The notes under the pieces were generated by a model. That model was not told the origin of the DNA, searched no databases, and saw nothing but the letters and a program-made list of their open reading frames with translations. DNA of 49,350 bases from a virus (lineage: Duplodnaviria > Heunggongvirae > Uroviricota > Caudoviricetes). The stretch is from the IMG/VR virus record IMGVR_UViG_2671180676_000008. One strand, 5' to 3'. Position 1 is the stretch's first letter, and every line of letters starts with the position of its first letter. Of this stretch, positions 20,929 to 30,753 are shown piece after piece. The position numbers were made by a program, and so were the translations under genes.

Positions 20929-22315
20929 TGATTTCCATCAGCATTACACTCTGATTTTTTAATTCATCGATCACTTCCTCTGGACGGGAATCCTGATCGA
21001 TAAATTTCAACGCCTGCAACACCCGAACCGCATCAATCTGACGTATATCACCGCCCTGACGCAATGACTGAACAGCCAGCGCGGAGGATGAGTCAAACAC
21101 CTGGGCAGATACATCCAGTTCAGTGCGCACATCCACATTGCCACCGCAACTCTCTCCGATCCATTCCGCCATTATCTGGAGAATATTATCGAGGGCATCT
21201 TCGAGGGAGTTCGCCATTGTATAAAGCGGCGAGTTTTCCTGCATTCGCTCTTCATTAGTCTGATCAACAGATTTGGTGGATGTATTTTCAGCACGCAGAA
21301 GTTTAGCGCCGGCATGACGCATCTGATTTTCCAGCTTCTCAAGTGATGTTTCGCCAGATTCTATCGCTGCGCCACTATGTTCAACATATTCGAGGCCATT
21401 TTTTGTTCTGTCCTCAAAAATCGTAGCGGTGGATGCACCAACCGTCAGTTCTTCATTCCTGTCCAGCCCGTAGGCCACCAGCAATGGAACGCGGGTAACA
21501 TGAAGAATATTGTCCTGCTCGCTCTGGCTTTGCCAGTGCTTGATATTCAGCAAGCCAAGATTAAGCAATGGCGGTGTACCACGCATAAATCCTGTTTTCT
21601 TCGTGTACAGTGTTACCAGAGGAATATCATCACGGCTGGTATTCCATGACTCATGAAGCGTCCAGACAGATTCGCCATTAGTGCCTTCGCTACGTCGATA
21701 AATTTCAACTCGACGGGGCATAATATGGCGGATCTGCTCCACCTTCTTCTGCCCGAAATCATCACCATCAATAATGATGACCTCTTTTATACGCAAATCA
21801 GTGAGAACAACTTTCCCTTTTTCAACTTTCGATTTCCATCCAATAACCTGGCGTGGATTCAGCATCGTAACGTACGGACGACCACCGGTCGCGTTTTCAT
21901 CGGCTTTTGTACGAATCTCTTTCATATCCGTTCGTGGATAGTCCACCAGCGCATGTGCCACACCATACTGAAATGCGAGGCTGAAAAATTGCTGCGCCCA
22001 CACATCCAGTCGGCTCCCCTCCATGTCGATATTTTCTGCATATTCCCTGATTTTTGCCGGCGTTTCCTCACTCAATACTGTCGGCTCTGCAAATATGCGC
22101 CCAATATTTTGCTTGATGCTTTCTTCATACACAGGAAGTAGCGTAGCCACAGACAGGCGTTTTTTATAAGCGTCTTCATCTTCGTTAGGCCATTTTGGGA
22201 GATAATTTTCCCCCTGCCTGCGCATTTCAAGCGTACCGCCCATCAGTGCGTCGTTAATATCCCACGCCTCCAGCATATCGTTATAGTCGAGGTTGGGTGT
22301 TGATATATCAGCCAT
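20909..22315 (-). CDS. Portal protein
   Basis: 468-aa ORF immediately downstream of terL. Confidence 0.75.
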   Translation of the reverse strand: MADISTPNLDYNDMLEAWDINDALMGGTLEMRRQGENYLPKWPNEDEDAYKKRLSVATLLPVYEESIKQNIGRIFAEPTVLSEETPAKIREYAENIDMEGSRLDVWAQQFFSLAFQYGVAHALVDYPRTDMKEIRTKADENATGGRPYVTMLNPRQVIGWKSKVEKGKVVLTDLRIKEVIIIDGDDFGQKKVEQIRHIMPRRVEIYRRSEGTNGESVWTLHESWNTSRDDIPLVTLYTKKTGFMRGTPPLLNLGLLNIKHWQSQSEQDNILHVTRVPLLVAYGLDRNEELTVGASTATIFEDRTKNGLEYVEHSGAAIESGETSLEKLENQMRHAGAKLLRAENTSTKSVDQTNEERMQENSPLYTMANSLEDALDNILQIMAEWIGESCGGNVDVRTELDVSAQVFDSSSALAVQSLRQGGDIRQIDAVRVLQALKFIDQDSRPEEVIDELKNQSVMLMEINDANRE

Positions 22316-22317
22316 AA

Positions 22318-23628
22318 TTAAATCCGAAGTGATGTGACTCTTCCGGTCGGTTTGACAATAGGGAATTGCTTAACGATGAAATAACCTCCGGCATCATTCG
22401 GGTGATCATTGCCAGATTTTTTATCAGGCTCCCCCTTCTCATCCCAGACCTGTTGCTCCAGAGATTCGGCATATAACGGGCAACGCTTCACATTAACTTT
22501 ATAGCGACGCTCACCATTGGCATTGCAGAACATTGCATTCATTGAGTTAACGCGATCTTTTACTGGCGGGTTCGAGCTGTTCACCACAACGTTAAAACCA
22601 GCCTGCTTAAGCTGGGCTATATCCGTCGTACTTGCGTTACTTGATTTTCTGGAATCCCCGGAAGCATCTGGATAAATATAAATTTCCCTCACTTTCCGGT
22701 AATCATTCCCATCATACAGCCAGAAGCGTTCTTTAATGATGCGGATCATATCCGGCGTATCGTAGGCATTGATGATTTCAGTTACCGCACATGGAAGCCC
22801 CAAACGCAGCACATGGACGATTCCCGCCATCTTTCCAACGTTAAAATCCATCCCAATATAAATCGGCTCCCCTGGCTGCTCCACTTCTTCGCAATTATTC
22901 AGTTTCCGGTCAAACTGATGGTAAACAGTACCACTTGTCAGGTTAGTAAACTGTCCTCGAAGATAGGCTTTAATCAGCTCTGGAGGGTATGATTCAAGAA
23001 GCGAAGGAATGTAATCTGCTGGCAGGTTCTTTTCATTATCGAAAGTAGATGCCTGCACCAGACCATACAGTGAGGCCAGCTCTGTTTTTTCACGCACGGC
23101 TTTAACAAACTGCTCGTAGACAAATTTGAATCCTTCCGGCGTGGTTGTAACGTCAATACCGTTGCGAAGTCCATCAATCTTATAACGCATACGTGCAATT
23201 ATCTTGCGCCACGCCGTTCTGGCTTTTTCCTTCGGCAAAATGTCCAGTTCATCCACCAACGCATTACCAATTTTGAAACCGACGATCGTTTGTGGCTTCT
23301 CCATCGATCTGCAGATAGTGGTTCCCCGATACTGGCGTCCGTAATAAAAGTGAACCTCTTTATTTCCCTCATTAATTTTTACGTTCAATCCCCAGTCAGC
23401 AGCAACTTCTTCCACTGTAGGGTAAAAAATATCGCGAATTTGGGGATACGTTGGCGCAAAATATCCCTGATTTATACCTGGATGCTCCCAAATCCCCTTG
23501 CATATGCCGCCACACCCAACCCATGTTTTGCCCGAGCCAAAACCAGCAATATAGGCTTTAAATTTATGGGGCATTGAAAGAAATCGCGCCTGAGGCACAT
23601 TAAGCGTCGGAGAGATCATCTTCATCAC
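22318..23628 (-). CDS. terL: Terminase large subunit
   Basis: Walker A GFGSGKT near the N-terminus and a nuclease-type C-terminal domain; 436 aa. Confidence 0.85.
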   Translation of the reverse strand: MMKMISPTLNVPQARFLSMPHKFKAYIAGFGSGKTWVGCGGICKGIWEHPGINQGYFAPTYPQIRDIFYPTVEEVAADWGLNVKINEGNKEVHFYYGRQYRGTTICRSMEKPQTIVGFKIGNALVDELDILPKEKARTAWRKIIARMRYKIDGLRNGIDVTTTPEGFKFVYEQFVKAVREKTELASLYGLVQASTFDNEKNLPADYIPSLLESYPPELIKAYLRGQFTNLTSGTVYHQFDRKLNNCEEVEQPGEPIYIGMDFNVGKMAGIVHVLRLGLPCAVTEIINAYDTPDMIRIIKERFWLYDGNDYRKVREIYIYPDASGDSRKSSNASTTDIAQLKQAGFNVVVNSSNPPVKDRVNSMNAMFCNANGERRYKVNVKRCPLYAESLEQQVWDEKGEPDKKSGNDHPNDAGGYFIVKQFPIVKPTGRVTSLRI

Positions 23629-24694
23629 TCCTTACTCTGGCATCAACCACATTAATATTGATCGCCACAGGCTGGGGATGTTCATTATCTTCCACCGTTT
23701 CGATCTCTTTGCGCAGCTTCTGGTTTTCCATTCTGCGCCGTTCAATTTCCAGTTCCTGTAGCCGTTTATCTGCACATAAAGCCCCGCCAGCAGAAAACAA
23801 ACGCAACAATTCACGCCGGGCGGCAGCCTTATCCTCCAGCAGGATCTCAACGCCGAATTTTCCGAATTTTGCCCCTGCATATAATTGCCGCGCATCCCCA
23901 TCAAGCAGAGTGGTATCAGCCATATAAAGCTGTCCCGTTCCCTCACCGCAGCACTTCGGGCAGTCCGGATTGGGTATGGCGTTATCAACAAAGCCGAGGC
24001 CTCCATATTCCGGTTCGGGTTTGCCATCTCTGGAAGCCTGCGCCGCTGCCTTGTCGAATTCTGCTATATCGCGCCACTGGTAGAGATGATTCTCGCCCCA
24101 GCAATAACGGCAGTTAACACGGCGAAATTGTGCAAGCTGATTGGGGTCGGCCAGGACAATAGCCATCAACTGACTCACTAGTAAATCCAGGTCTGCGGTA
24201 TAGCGTTTCTGGTACTGATTGCGGAAGTAGCTGATAGCGCGAAAAACCCTGGCATTTCTAAGCATACGACTGGCGTTGCTGTTAGCTGTCGCACCTTGCC
24301 CCTCATAACCGGCTAGTCGGTACGCCTCTGTCGGCTTTTTACCCTGAGCAACAAGCATCGCAAACTTAGCCTGCTGGTCAGAAATGCCGAATTCATCGGG
24401 ACAGAACGAAAATTCCTCCGCGTCGCCCTCATTCAGGCCCGCATCGAATACTGGCTTTTTTTCCTGAGATTTTTCGTTCCGCTTTTGTGCAGTCTGCGCA
24501 GATTTTTTCTGCGCACTTTTTTGCGCAGTTTTGCACATTTCTGTCTGCGCATTTTTCGGAGTTTTTTTGATGTAACGACGGGCTGTTGCGTAATTCAGTC
24601 CCCTTGCTTCACACCATGCCACCGGAGATATACCGGAGCGGGTGTATTCAGCAATATACTCCTGCTGCAACGCCCCCCAGTCCGGTCTGCTCAT
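23600..24694 (-). CDS. terS: Terminase small subunit
   Basis: N-terminal HTH, charged linker, conserved PTEAYRLAGY-type terS motif; immediately upstream of terL. Confidence 0.7.
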   Translation of the reverse strand: MSRPDWGALQQEYIAEYTRSGISPVAWCEARGLNYATARRYIKKTPKNAQTEMCKTAQKSAQKKSAQTAQKRNEKSQEKKPVFDAGLNEGDAEEFSFCPDEFGISDQQAKFAMLVAQGKKPTEAYRLAGYEGQGATANSNASRMLRNARVFRAISYFRNQYQKRYTADLDLLVSQLMAIVLADPNQLAQFRRVNCRYCWGENHLYQWRDIAEFDKAAAQASRDGKPEPEYGGLGFVDNAIPNPDCPKCCGEGTGQLYMADTTLLDGDARQLYAGAKFGKFGVEILLEDKAAARRELLRLFSAGGALCADKRLQELEIERRRMENQKLRKEIETVEDNEHPQPVAININVVDARVRSDEDDLSDA

Positions 24695-24697
24695 CAG

Positions 24698-24949
24698 TTA
24701 GTCCTGATTTTTATCCACCCTGAGTAGTTCGCGCAGAGCAAAGGCATCCCCTTTTCTGGCAAGCTTAAACAATGCCGCTCGTAACTCGGCTTCACCTTTC
24801 GCTCTGCCCTTACGGATGGCCGCATAAAAATCTGTCATTGCTTCCCGATTTTCTTTCAGTCGGTTCAGATCAACATCCAGAACGTCAGCGATTTGTTGTG
24901 CAGTCATCCGGCACGCTGCCAGAGACTCGACTTTCGAATACGGAATCAT
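24698..24949 (-). CDS. Hypothetical protein (83 aa)
   Basis: ORF between the GT-A-like gene and terS; start uncertain because of overlap. Confidence 0.4.
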   Translation of the reverse strand: MIPYSKVESLAACRMTAQQIADVLDVDLNRLKENREAMTDFYAAIRKGRAKGEAELRAALFKLARKGDAFALRELLRVDKNQD

Positions 24950-25817
24950 TTGTCACCCCCATTGATATGCAGGGTGTCTTCTTCCTGTATTTTTCGTGAA
25001 GGATTTTTACTGCAGCGTTGTTCCAGGTGACCTGATGGTGAATGCGTTTATGGCTGGCACCCATCAGTGAGATTTTTACGCACGACGGCGCATACATGAC
25101 GGAGTAAAAACTTTTAACGTAGGTTCCGGAATCCAGATACAGCTCGGTCATTCCGCCGCTGTTTTTCTGCGTCTGTTTCTGCCCTAACTGGACAGCACCG
25201 ATCGTCATAAACAATTCACCACAGCGACCGAGATTCGTGTACGTATTCACATCCTCGTTAATGCGCCCCATGAATGAGAACGGTCGATCAACCGAACAGA
25301 TAAAGCTGTTCATTGCCTTGCGTTTCACCCACGAAGCATGGCCGCCATTGTCACCAAGAAAATCCCCGCCCTGCGACATAGCGATGGAAAGAGCAGGTAT
25401 TGATTCGTAGTACGCCAGCATTTCAGAAAGGATCGCATCCAGTTTCCTTATCGGAAAATAGGCCTGGTCATAGTTGCGATCCACCCGAAACTGGAACTCG
25501 TGATAATCATCATCGAGCTGAATGAAGTATTTACACCCGACCAGTTTTGCCAGGTCGAAACAGGCATTACGGGCGTAAAAAATTGAGCGGCGGTCACAGA
25601 AATTATCGGCTTCGTCAAAACGACTGGCGATATCGGCTTTGGAAAACACCAGCACCTGTTCACCAAATTCAGCCATGTACTGATGCCGTGTCTTATCTTC
25701 ATCATCAACAACGATAAAAATTTTCCCGGTATAGCCAGCACGACGCAACGTCCGGTAAGTCAGAACTTTGTCCGGTCGCCCGTGAGTCAGAATAAAGGCG
25801 CAAAAATCATCACGCAT
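24885..25817 (-). CDS. GT-A-fold glycosyltransferase-like protein
   Basis: ILTHGRP...IVVDDEDK and a DxD-type QLDDDY motif resemble GT-A nucleotide-sugar transferases; start taken at the internal Met to avoid overlap with the upstream gene. Confidence 0.45.
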   Translation of the reverse strand: MRDDFCAFILTHGRPDKVLTYRTLRRAGYTGKIFIVVDDEDKTRHQYMAEFGEQVLVFSKADIASRFDEADNFCDRRSIFYARNACFDLAKLVGCKYFIQLDDDYHEFQFRVDRNYDQAYFPIRKLDAILSEMLAYYESIPALSIAMSQGGDFLGDNGGHASWVKRKAMNSFICSVDRPFSFMGRINEDVNTYTNLGRCGELFMTIGAVQLGQKQTQKNSGGMTELYLDSGTYVKSFYSVMYAPSCVKISLMGASHKRIHHQVTWNNAAVKILHEKYRKKTPCISMGVTNDSVFESRVSGSVPDDCTTNR

Positions 25818-26601
25818 ATTCCTCCTCCTCACCACCATGCATGATCTCCACCATGCGCTGCGTCATCCGGACAAATCCATTTTCAATAGCCTGCTGATAA
25901 TCAATGATCACCAGCGCCGACTCCTCGAAAAAACACTGAATTTCAGAGGGGGCGTGAGCGTAATAGTCCGCAATTCTGCTGAAATTAAACACCGTGTGAC
26001 GTTCTGCCGCACACAGGAGGAATTTCTCAATATCAGGCTCAAGGGACGCCGAACGTATCCGGCTGATCAGCTCCTGAGTTTTCGTATCGTCGTACAGTTC
26101 ACTGATATCCGGTTTACCGCCCGACGGCTCATAAACAGGCGTATCAATTTTCGTCGTATACGGCTCCTCCTCATTTCCTGTACCGGGCAAAACATCCGTC
26201 AACAGTTCATCAATTTCTGTCGGGATGAAGCCTGTCAGGGAGACATCAAAATCAGCATTGATTAGGTCCGACAGCTCCATCCGCAACAGATCTTCATCCC
26301 AGCCAGCATTCATCGGCAGGCGATTATCTGCCAGGCGGTACGCCTTTTTCTGCTCATCCGTCAGGCCAGACAGAACAATGACCGGAACAGAATCCATTTT
26401 GAGCATTTCAGCCGCCATAACACGACCGTGACCCGCAATAATTTCGCCCTTTTCGTCAATCAGCACCGGATTAGTCCAGCCGAATTGCTTAATACTTTCT
26501 ACCAGTTGTGCCACCTGCTCAGTACTGTGCGTCCTGGCGTTGTGCGCATACGGTGACAATTCTTGTAATGGGCGATAGACTATCTTTAATTTCTCGCTCA
26601 T
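25810..26601 (-). CDS. ParB-like nuclease domain protein
   Basis: N-terminal ParB/Srx-type motifs (PYAHNARTHS, GHGR); the short K-12 Rac ynaK looks like a remnant of this gene. Confidence 0.75.
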   Translation of the reverse strand: MSEKLKIVYRPLQELSPYAHNARTHSTEQVAQLVESIKQFGWTNPVLIDEKGEIIAGHGRVMAAEMLKMDSVPVIVLSGLTDEQKKAYRLADNRLPMNAGWDEDLLRMELSDLINADFDVSLTGFIPTEIDELLTDVLPGTGNEEEPYTTKIDTPVYEPSGGKPDISELYDDTKTQELISRIRSASLEPDIEKFLLCAAERHTVFNFSRIADYYAHAPSEIQCFFEESALVIIDYQQAIENGFVRMTQRMVEIMHGGEEEEYA

Positions 26602-26618
26602 ACAGCCTTGCTTTATGA

Positions 26619-26652
26619 ATAAAACGCACCCCAGCAGCCAGTGCTACTGGGG
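26619..26652 (-). terminator. Rho-independent terminator downstream of trkG
   Basis: Stem ccccag/ctgggg (26629..26652) followed on the - strand by GTTTTATT. Confidence 0.45.
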
Positions 26653-26738
26653 ACGGAGGTGTTGCTGGTAAAGTTAGGTATTGGATCAATGAGTGAGTCA
26701 ACATAATATTAAACTCACAATTATAAATCAGCCATATA

Positions 26739-28196
26739 TTAGGAGCGCCAAAAAAAACCTGAAAACAATATAATAACAGGATAAATTTCAAGGCGACCAA
26801 GAATCATAGCTATGCACATTAAGCATTTTGCAATGTCATTAAGTACTCCGAATGACGATGCAGTAGCCCCAAAACCTAATCCCATATTATTAATACATGC
26901 AGCCACTGTTGCAAATGATGTAAGAAAATCATATCCCATACCATTTAACACCAGTATAAAAAACACCGTGAAGAGAGTATAAAGAAAAAAGAAACTCCAT
27001 ACAGACCTCATTACACGATCTGTAACTATCTTCCCTCCTACATTTACACTCAACAACGCTCTGGGATGAGAAAGCTGATTTATCTCGTGTTTGCTTTGTT
27101 TGAAAAGTATAAGAAATCGAAGTGACTTAATTCCACCACAAGTTGAACCTATACATCCCCCAAAGAAACTTGACAACAGCAAAAACACTATCGTGTGCGT
27201 GGGCCAACTTGCATAATCCTGCGTAGCTAAACCATTATCAGTGAGCATGGAGCTGGCAAGAAAAAACGAATGAATAAAACTTCCATGCAAGTCATACATA
27301 CCTATATGCCAGACCTGGAAAGAGGTAACAATGATCACCCCTAAGGCTATTAACAGAAAGAAACGAAGTTCAATATCTCTGATTAAAGGTTTTATCGTTT
27401 TCCTGCTAATAACAATATACCAAAGAGTGAAGTTGAAAGCCGATAGCAGGGAAAAAGAACCAGCCACCAGCTCAACCAAATAGTTATTAAAATATCCGAT
27501 ACTCTCGCTATGAGTTGAGAAACCACCAAGCGAAACTGTGGAAATCCCGTGACAAATAGCATCAAACAAAGGCATTCCTGCAAGTCTATAACAGACAATA
27601 CAAGCAATACCTAATAAAGAATAAGTTATCCACAGTGTCCGTGACGTATCGGCCAGGCGGGGAGTGAGTTTGTCATCCTTAAATGGCCCCGGCATTTCTG
27701 ACTGATAAAGCTTTGCACCACCAATACCCAATAATGGCAATACAGCAACCGCCAGAACAATAACTCCTAAACCACCTATAAAATTTAACTGTGACCGATA
27801 GTACAAATATGCCCGAGGTAATGAACTAACATCATCAATTACAGTTGCTCCTGTTGTTGTTATTCCAGAAACCCCTTCAAACAGAGCATCAATGAACGTT
27901 AAATTAAGTTCTGAGTCAATCCATAAAGGGAATGCACTAATAACAGAAAACAAAATCCAAAACATTACAATTATAATAAACCCATCACGGGTACGTAATT
28001 GAATGCCAGATTTCTTAGTTGTATACCACGCTCCGCCACCAATGCAAAAAAATATAACGAAAGTTATAAAGAAAACAAACAGGCTTTTTTCTTTATAAAA
28101 CAATGCTACAACCATTGGTGGCAACATTGAAAGACTATAGAGCCAAACCAGGAACCCACACATATGAGTAACAACTCTTACATGAGATGTATTCAT
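26739..28196 (-). CDS. trkG: Trk-system potassium uptake protein TrkG
   Basis: Polytopic membrane protein with repeated GxGG selectivity-filter-like segments, recognised as the Rac trkG product; AT-rich gene; start taken at MNTSHV. Confidence 0.9.
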   Translation of the reverse strand: MNTSHVRVVTHMCGFLVWLYSLSMLPPMVVALFYKEKSLFVFFITFVIFFCIGGGAWYTTKKSGIQLRTRDGFIIIVMFWILFSVISAFPLWIDSELNLTFIDALFEGVSGITTTGATVIDDVSSLPRAYLYYRSQLNFIGGLGVIVLAVAVLPLLGIGGAKLYQSEMPGPFKDDKLTPRLADTSRTLWITYSLLGIACIVCYRLAGMPLFDAICHGISTVSLGGFSTHSESIGYFNNYLVELVAGSFSLLSAFNFTLWYIVISRKTIKPLIRDIELRFFLLIALGVIIVTSFQVWHIGMYDLHGSFIHSFFLASSMLTDNGLATQDYASWPTHTIVFLLLSSFFGGCIGSTCGGIKSLRFLILFKQSKHEINQLSHPRALLSVNVGGKIVTDRVMRSVWSFFFLYTLFTVFFILVLNGMGYDFLTSFATVAACINNMGLGFGATASSFGVLNDIAKCLMCIAMILGRLEIYPVIILFSGFFWRS

Positions 28197-28333
28197 ATCT
28201 AAATATTCTTTCAATTATAACCACCTTGCTGCAATATTATGATTATACTGTATAAAATTTAACTCCTCTTAGATCTTACTTCACTGTTCCTTATGAAACA
28301 ATCATCAAAATGAATCATATTGTAGTTAAGATT

Positions 28334-28798
28334 TTACTTTAAACACTGCTCGGTTATGTATTGCTGAGCACCTTCAAGTTGGGCCTGCATCATTACCAGT
28401 CGTTCCCGGAGGGTGAAATAATCCCGTTCAGCGGTGTCTGCCAGTCGGGGGGAGGCTGCATTATCCACGCCGGAGGCGGTGGTGGCTTCACGCACTGACT
28501 GACAGACTGCTTTGATGTGCAACCGACGACGACCAGCGGCAACATCATCACGCAGAGCATCATTTTCAGCTTTCGCATCAGCTAACTCCTTCGTGTATTT
28601 TGCATCGAGCGCAGCAACATCACGCTGACGCATCTGCATCTCAGTAATTGCCGCGTTCGCCAGCTTCAGTTCTCTGGCATTTTTGTCGCGCTGTTCTTTG
28701 TAGGCGATGGCGTTATCACGGTAATGATTAACACCCCATGACAGGCAGACGACGATGCAGATAACCAGAGCGGAGATAATCGCGGTTACTCTGCTCAT
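28334..28798 (-). CDS. Rz: Spanin inner-membrane subunit Rz
   Basis: 154-aa ORF recognised as lambda Rz-like from the translation. Confidence 0.9.
   Translation of the reverse strand: MSRVTAIISALVICIVVCLSWGVNHYRDNAIAYKEQRDKNARELKLANAAITEMQMRQRDVAALDAKYTKELADAKAENDALRDDVAAGRRRLHIKAVCQSVREATTASGVDNAASPRLADTAERDYFTLRERLVMMQAQLEGAQQYITEQCLK
28393..28578 (-). CDS. Rz1: Spanin outer-membrane lipoprotein Rz1 (embedded in Rz, +1 frame)
   Basis: 61-aa ORF with lipobox LVVVGC and a proline-rich tract, fully nested in Rz. Confidence 0.85.
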   Translation of the reverse strand: MRKLKMMLCVMMLPLVVVGCTSKQSVSQCVKPPPPPAWIMQPPPDWQTPLNGIISPSGNDW

Positions 28799-29271
28799 AC
28801 CTCAATCTCTCTGACCGTTCCGCCAGCTTCTTTGAATTTTGCAATCAGACTGTCAGCCTTATGCTCGAACTGACCATAACCAGCGCCCGGCAGTGAAGCC
28901 CATATATTGCTGCAACGGTCGATAGCCTGACGGATATCACCGCGATCAATCATCGGCAAAGCGCCACGCTCTTTAATCTGCTGCAGCGCTACAGCATCCT
29001 GACTTTCTGGAGAAAAATCTTTCAGGCCAAGTTGCTTGCGGTAGGCATCCCACCAGCGTGAAAGAAGCTGGTAACGTCCAGCGGCTGTTGATTTGAGTTT
29101 CGGATTTAGCGTGACAAGTTTGCGGGGGTGATCGGAGTAATCAGTGAACAGTTCGCCACCGACAATAACATCATAACCGTGATTTCTGGTTTTCTGCCGT
29201 CCGTTATCTGTTCCTTCTGACCATGCCACCATATCAAGGAAAGCTTTACGCTGGGAATTAAGTGTCTGCAT
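28795..29271 (-). CDS. R: Endolysin (lambda R-type lytic transglycosylase)
   Basis: 158-aa ORF recognised as lambda R-like over its full length. Confidence 0.95.
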   Translation of the reverse strand: MQTLNSQRKAFLDMVAWSEGTDNGRQKTRNHGYDVIVGGELFTDYSDHPRKLVTLNPKLKSTAAGRYQLLSRWWDAYRKQLGLKDFSPESQDAVALQQIKERGALPMIDRGDIRQAIDRCSNIWASLPGAGYGQFEHKADSLIAKFKEAGGTVREIEV

Positions 29272-29274
29272 TAA

Positions 29275-29616
29275 TTACTCCTTATGGGCACCGAACTTGT
29301 TACCGATGACCCTCATTGCCGCACCACGAATAGCATCAACACCAATCAGCCCCACCCCACCACCAATGGCAACAGAAAGTGATTTAGGCCATCCGACATA
29401 CTCAAGCGCGGATGCAAAGGTCAGCGTCAGAGCACCACAAAGCAGAATCTCAAGCGTTTTTCGTTTCCAGCCGCCGCCACCGCCAAAATAGGCAATGCGC
29501 AAACCAGCCATAATAATTGACATAACCACTGCACCCAGCGGCGTATCTCCACGCCACCAACTTTGTAAGAGTTCCAGTAAGTCAGGCCAGGAATGAGGGG
29601 CATTGTGCATTTTCAT
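29275..29616 (-). CDS. Holin with dual-start Met-Lys-Met motif
   Basis: Three predicted TM segments and a charged C-terminus; strong GGAGGTGA SD before the MKM start; directly upstream of R. The ORF track starts at GTG 29625. Confidence 0.7.
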   Translation of the reverse strand: MKMHNAPHSWPDLLELLQSWWRGDTPLGAVVMSIIMAGLRIAYFGGGGGWKRKTLEILLCGALTLTFASALEYVGWPKSLSVAIGGGVGLIGVDAIRGAAMRVIGNKFGAHKE

Positions 29617-29962
29617 AAGCCTCACCTCCGAGAGTTCGGATGGTGCTAAGTGTAAGATTCAGGCTCTCAGGCTTGCTAACAAGAAGTCGAGGATGTTTCC
29701 GGAGCCTAACAACGAAAAAGCCCCGGGACATGCCGGGGTCAGATGGAGTGCCAGATTAAGCTTCTGGCGGTATATACTCGTGTTTGATATCGTTAAATCG
29801 CCAAAAGTAACAATTCAAACAAAGAGGATTTTTATGTCTGAAAAAACAAGCCACAAGATGAAAATAAACCTCAGCAACCCGTGGCACCAAAACCAACTCC
29901 AACACAAAGTACTACAGACTTTGCTACACGTCGTGTTTTTGTTGGAGATTCTGCCGACTCAG

Positions 29963-30532
29963 TCATTGAACATATAAAAAAACAGCCGAGATAAACATCG
30001 CCGCTACCGGAGCAAGGATGGTATACATCCTTGCTTTATCGAGACTCGTGCGGATTTTCTCATTTTCCAACAGTAACTCTCTTGCTGTATCACTCAAGTC
30101 AACAAGGCGATACCTTCGTATAAGCGGCAATAACTTATCAGGTCCTAAATATCCTGCATCAGCGAATATTTTAAAGCTCGAGGGCTCCATATCCTTATAT
30201 TTTTCATGATATAGATGATCAGGAGGGGCATTGATCAGGCCCCTAACCTTCACAGATAAACCAGTACATACCAAGTAAATGGCGCACCATGTCCATAGTA
30301 ATGTAAATGTGGTAATTCCGGCGGTGAGAAAATCGAAATTAGTTTTCTGTGTCAGCAATAAAAAAGATGAACCAATTCCAACAATCTGAATGTTCAGAAG
30401 TTTGTATCCATTCTCAACATTGGTTTTGTTAGAAAGATGAATCTCTCGTATCGTCTCTTCCCCTTGTTTTTCAAGATAATCGACGAGCTCATCATCTACT
30501 CCTAAAAAATAATCTTTAGGTAGTTCTCTCAT
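29963..30532 (-). CDS. Hypothetical membrane protein (Q-S moron)
   Basis: 189-aa AT-rich ORF with about three hydrophobic segments, between the post-Q terminator and the holin. Confidence 0.55.
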   Translation of the reverse strand: MRELPKDYFLGVDDELVDYLEKQGEETIREIHLSNKTNVENGYKLLNIQIVGIGSSFLLLTQKTNFDFLTAGITTFTLLWTWCAIYLVCTGLSVKVRGLINAPPDHLYHEKYKDMEPSSFKIFADAGYLGPDKLLPLIRRYRLVDLSDTARELLLENEKIRTSLDKARMYTILAPVAAMFISAVFLYVQ

Positions 30533-30635
30533 CTCACCTCCACATCCTGTACTGAAAACAATTTTACCAGAATGTCTCGATTCTAGGTATTCCGCCAGGA
30601 ATCGCGCTCCAGAAATGAAACATCAGGTTCGCCAG

Positions 30636-30676
30636 TACCAGAAACAACAAAACCCGCTCAATGGCGGGTTCTGGTA
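30636..30676 (-). terminator. Late-operon terminator-like compound hairpin downstream of Q
   Basis: Inner stem aacccgc/gcgggtt and outer stem taccagaa/ttctggta, with TTTGTTGTTTC on the - strand; position matches lambdoid tR-prime. Confidence 0.4.
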
Positions 30677-30753
30677 AAGTTCATGCGCTTGGTTCGCCTC
30701 GCGATACAGCTTTGCGAAGCATACCGGAATTGAAGCAGTTTATGCGTAAAAAA

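Noticed and set aside
30533-30753. Possible tRNA gene between Q and the late genes, as seen in some Stx phages
   Set aside because: No T-loop-like GGTTCGAATCC sequence or cloverleaf could be found on either strand; the structure here is better explained as a terminator.
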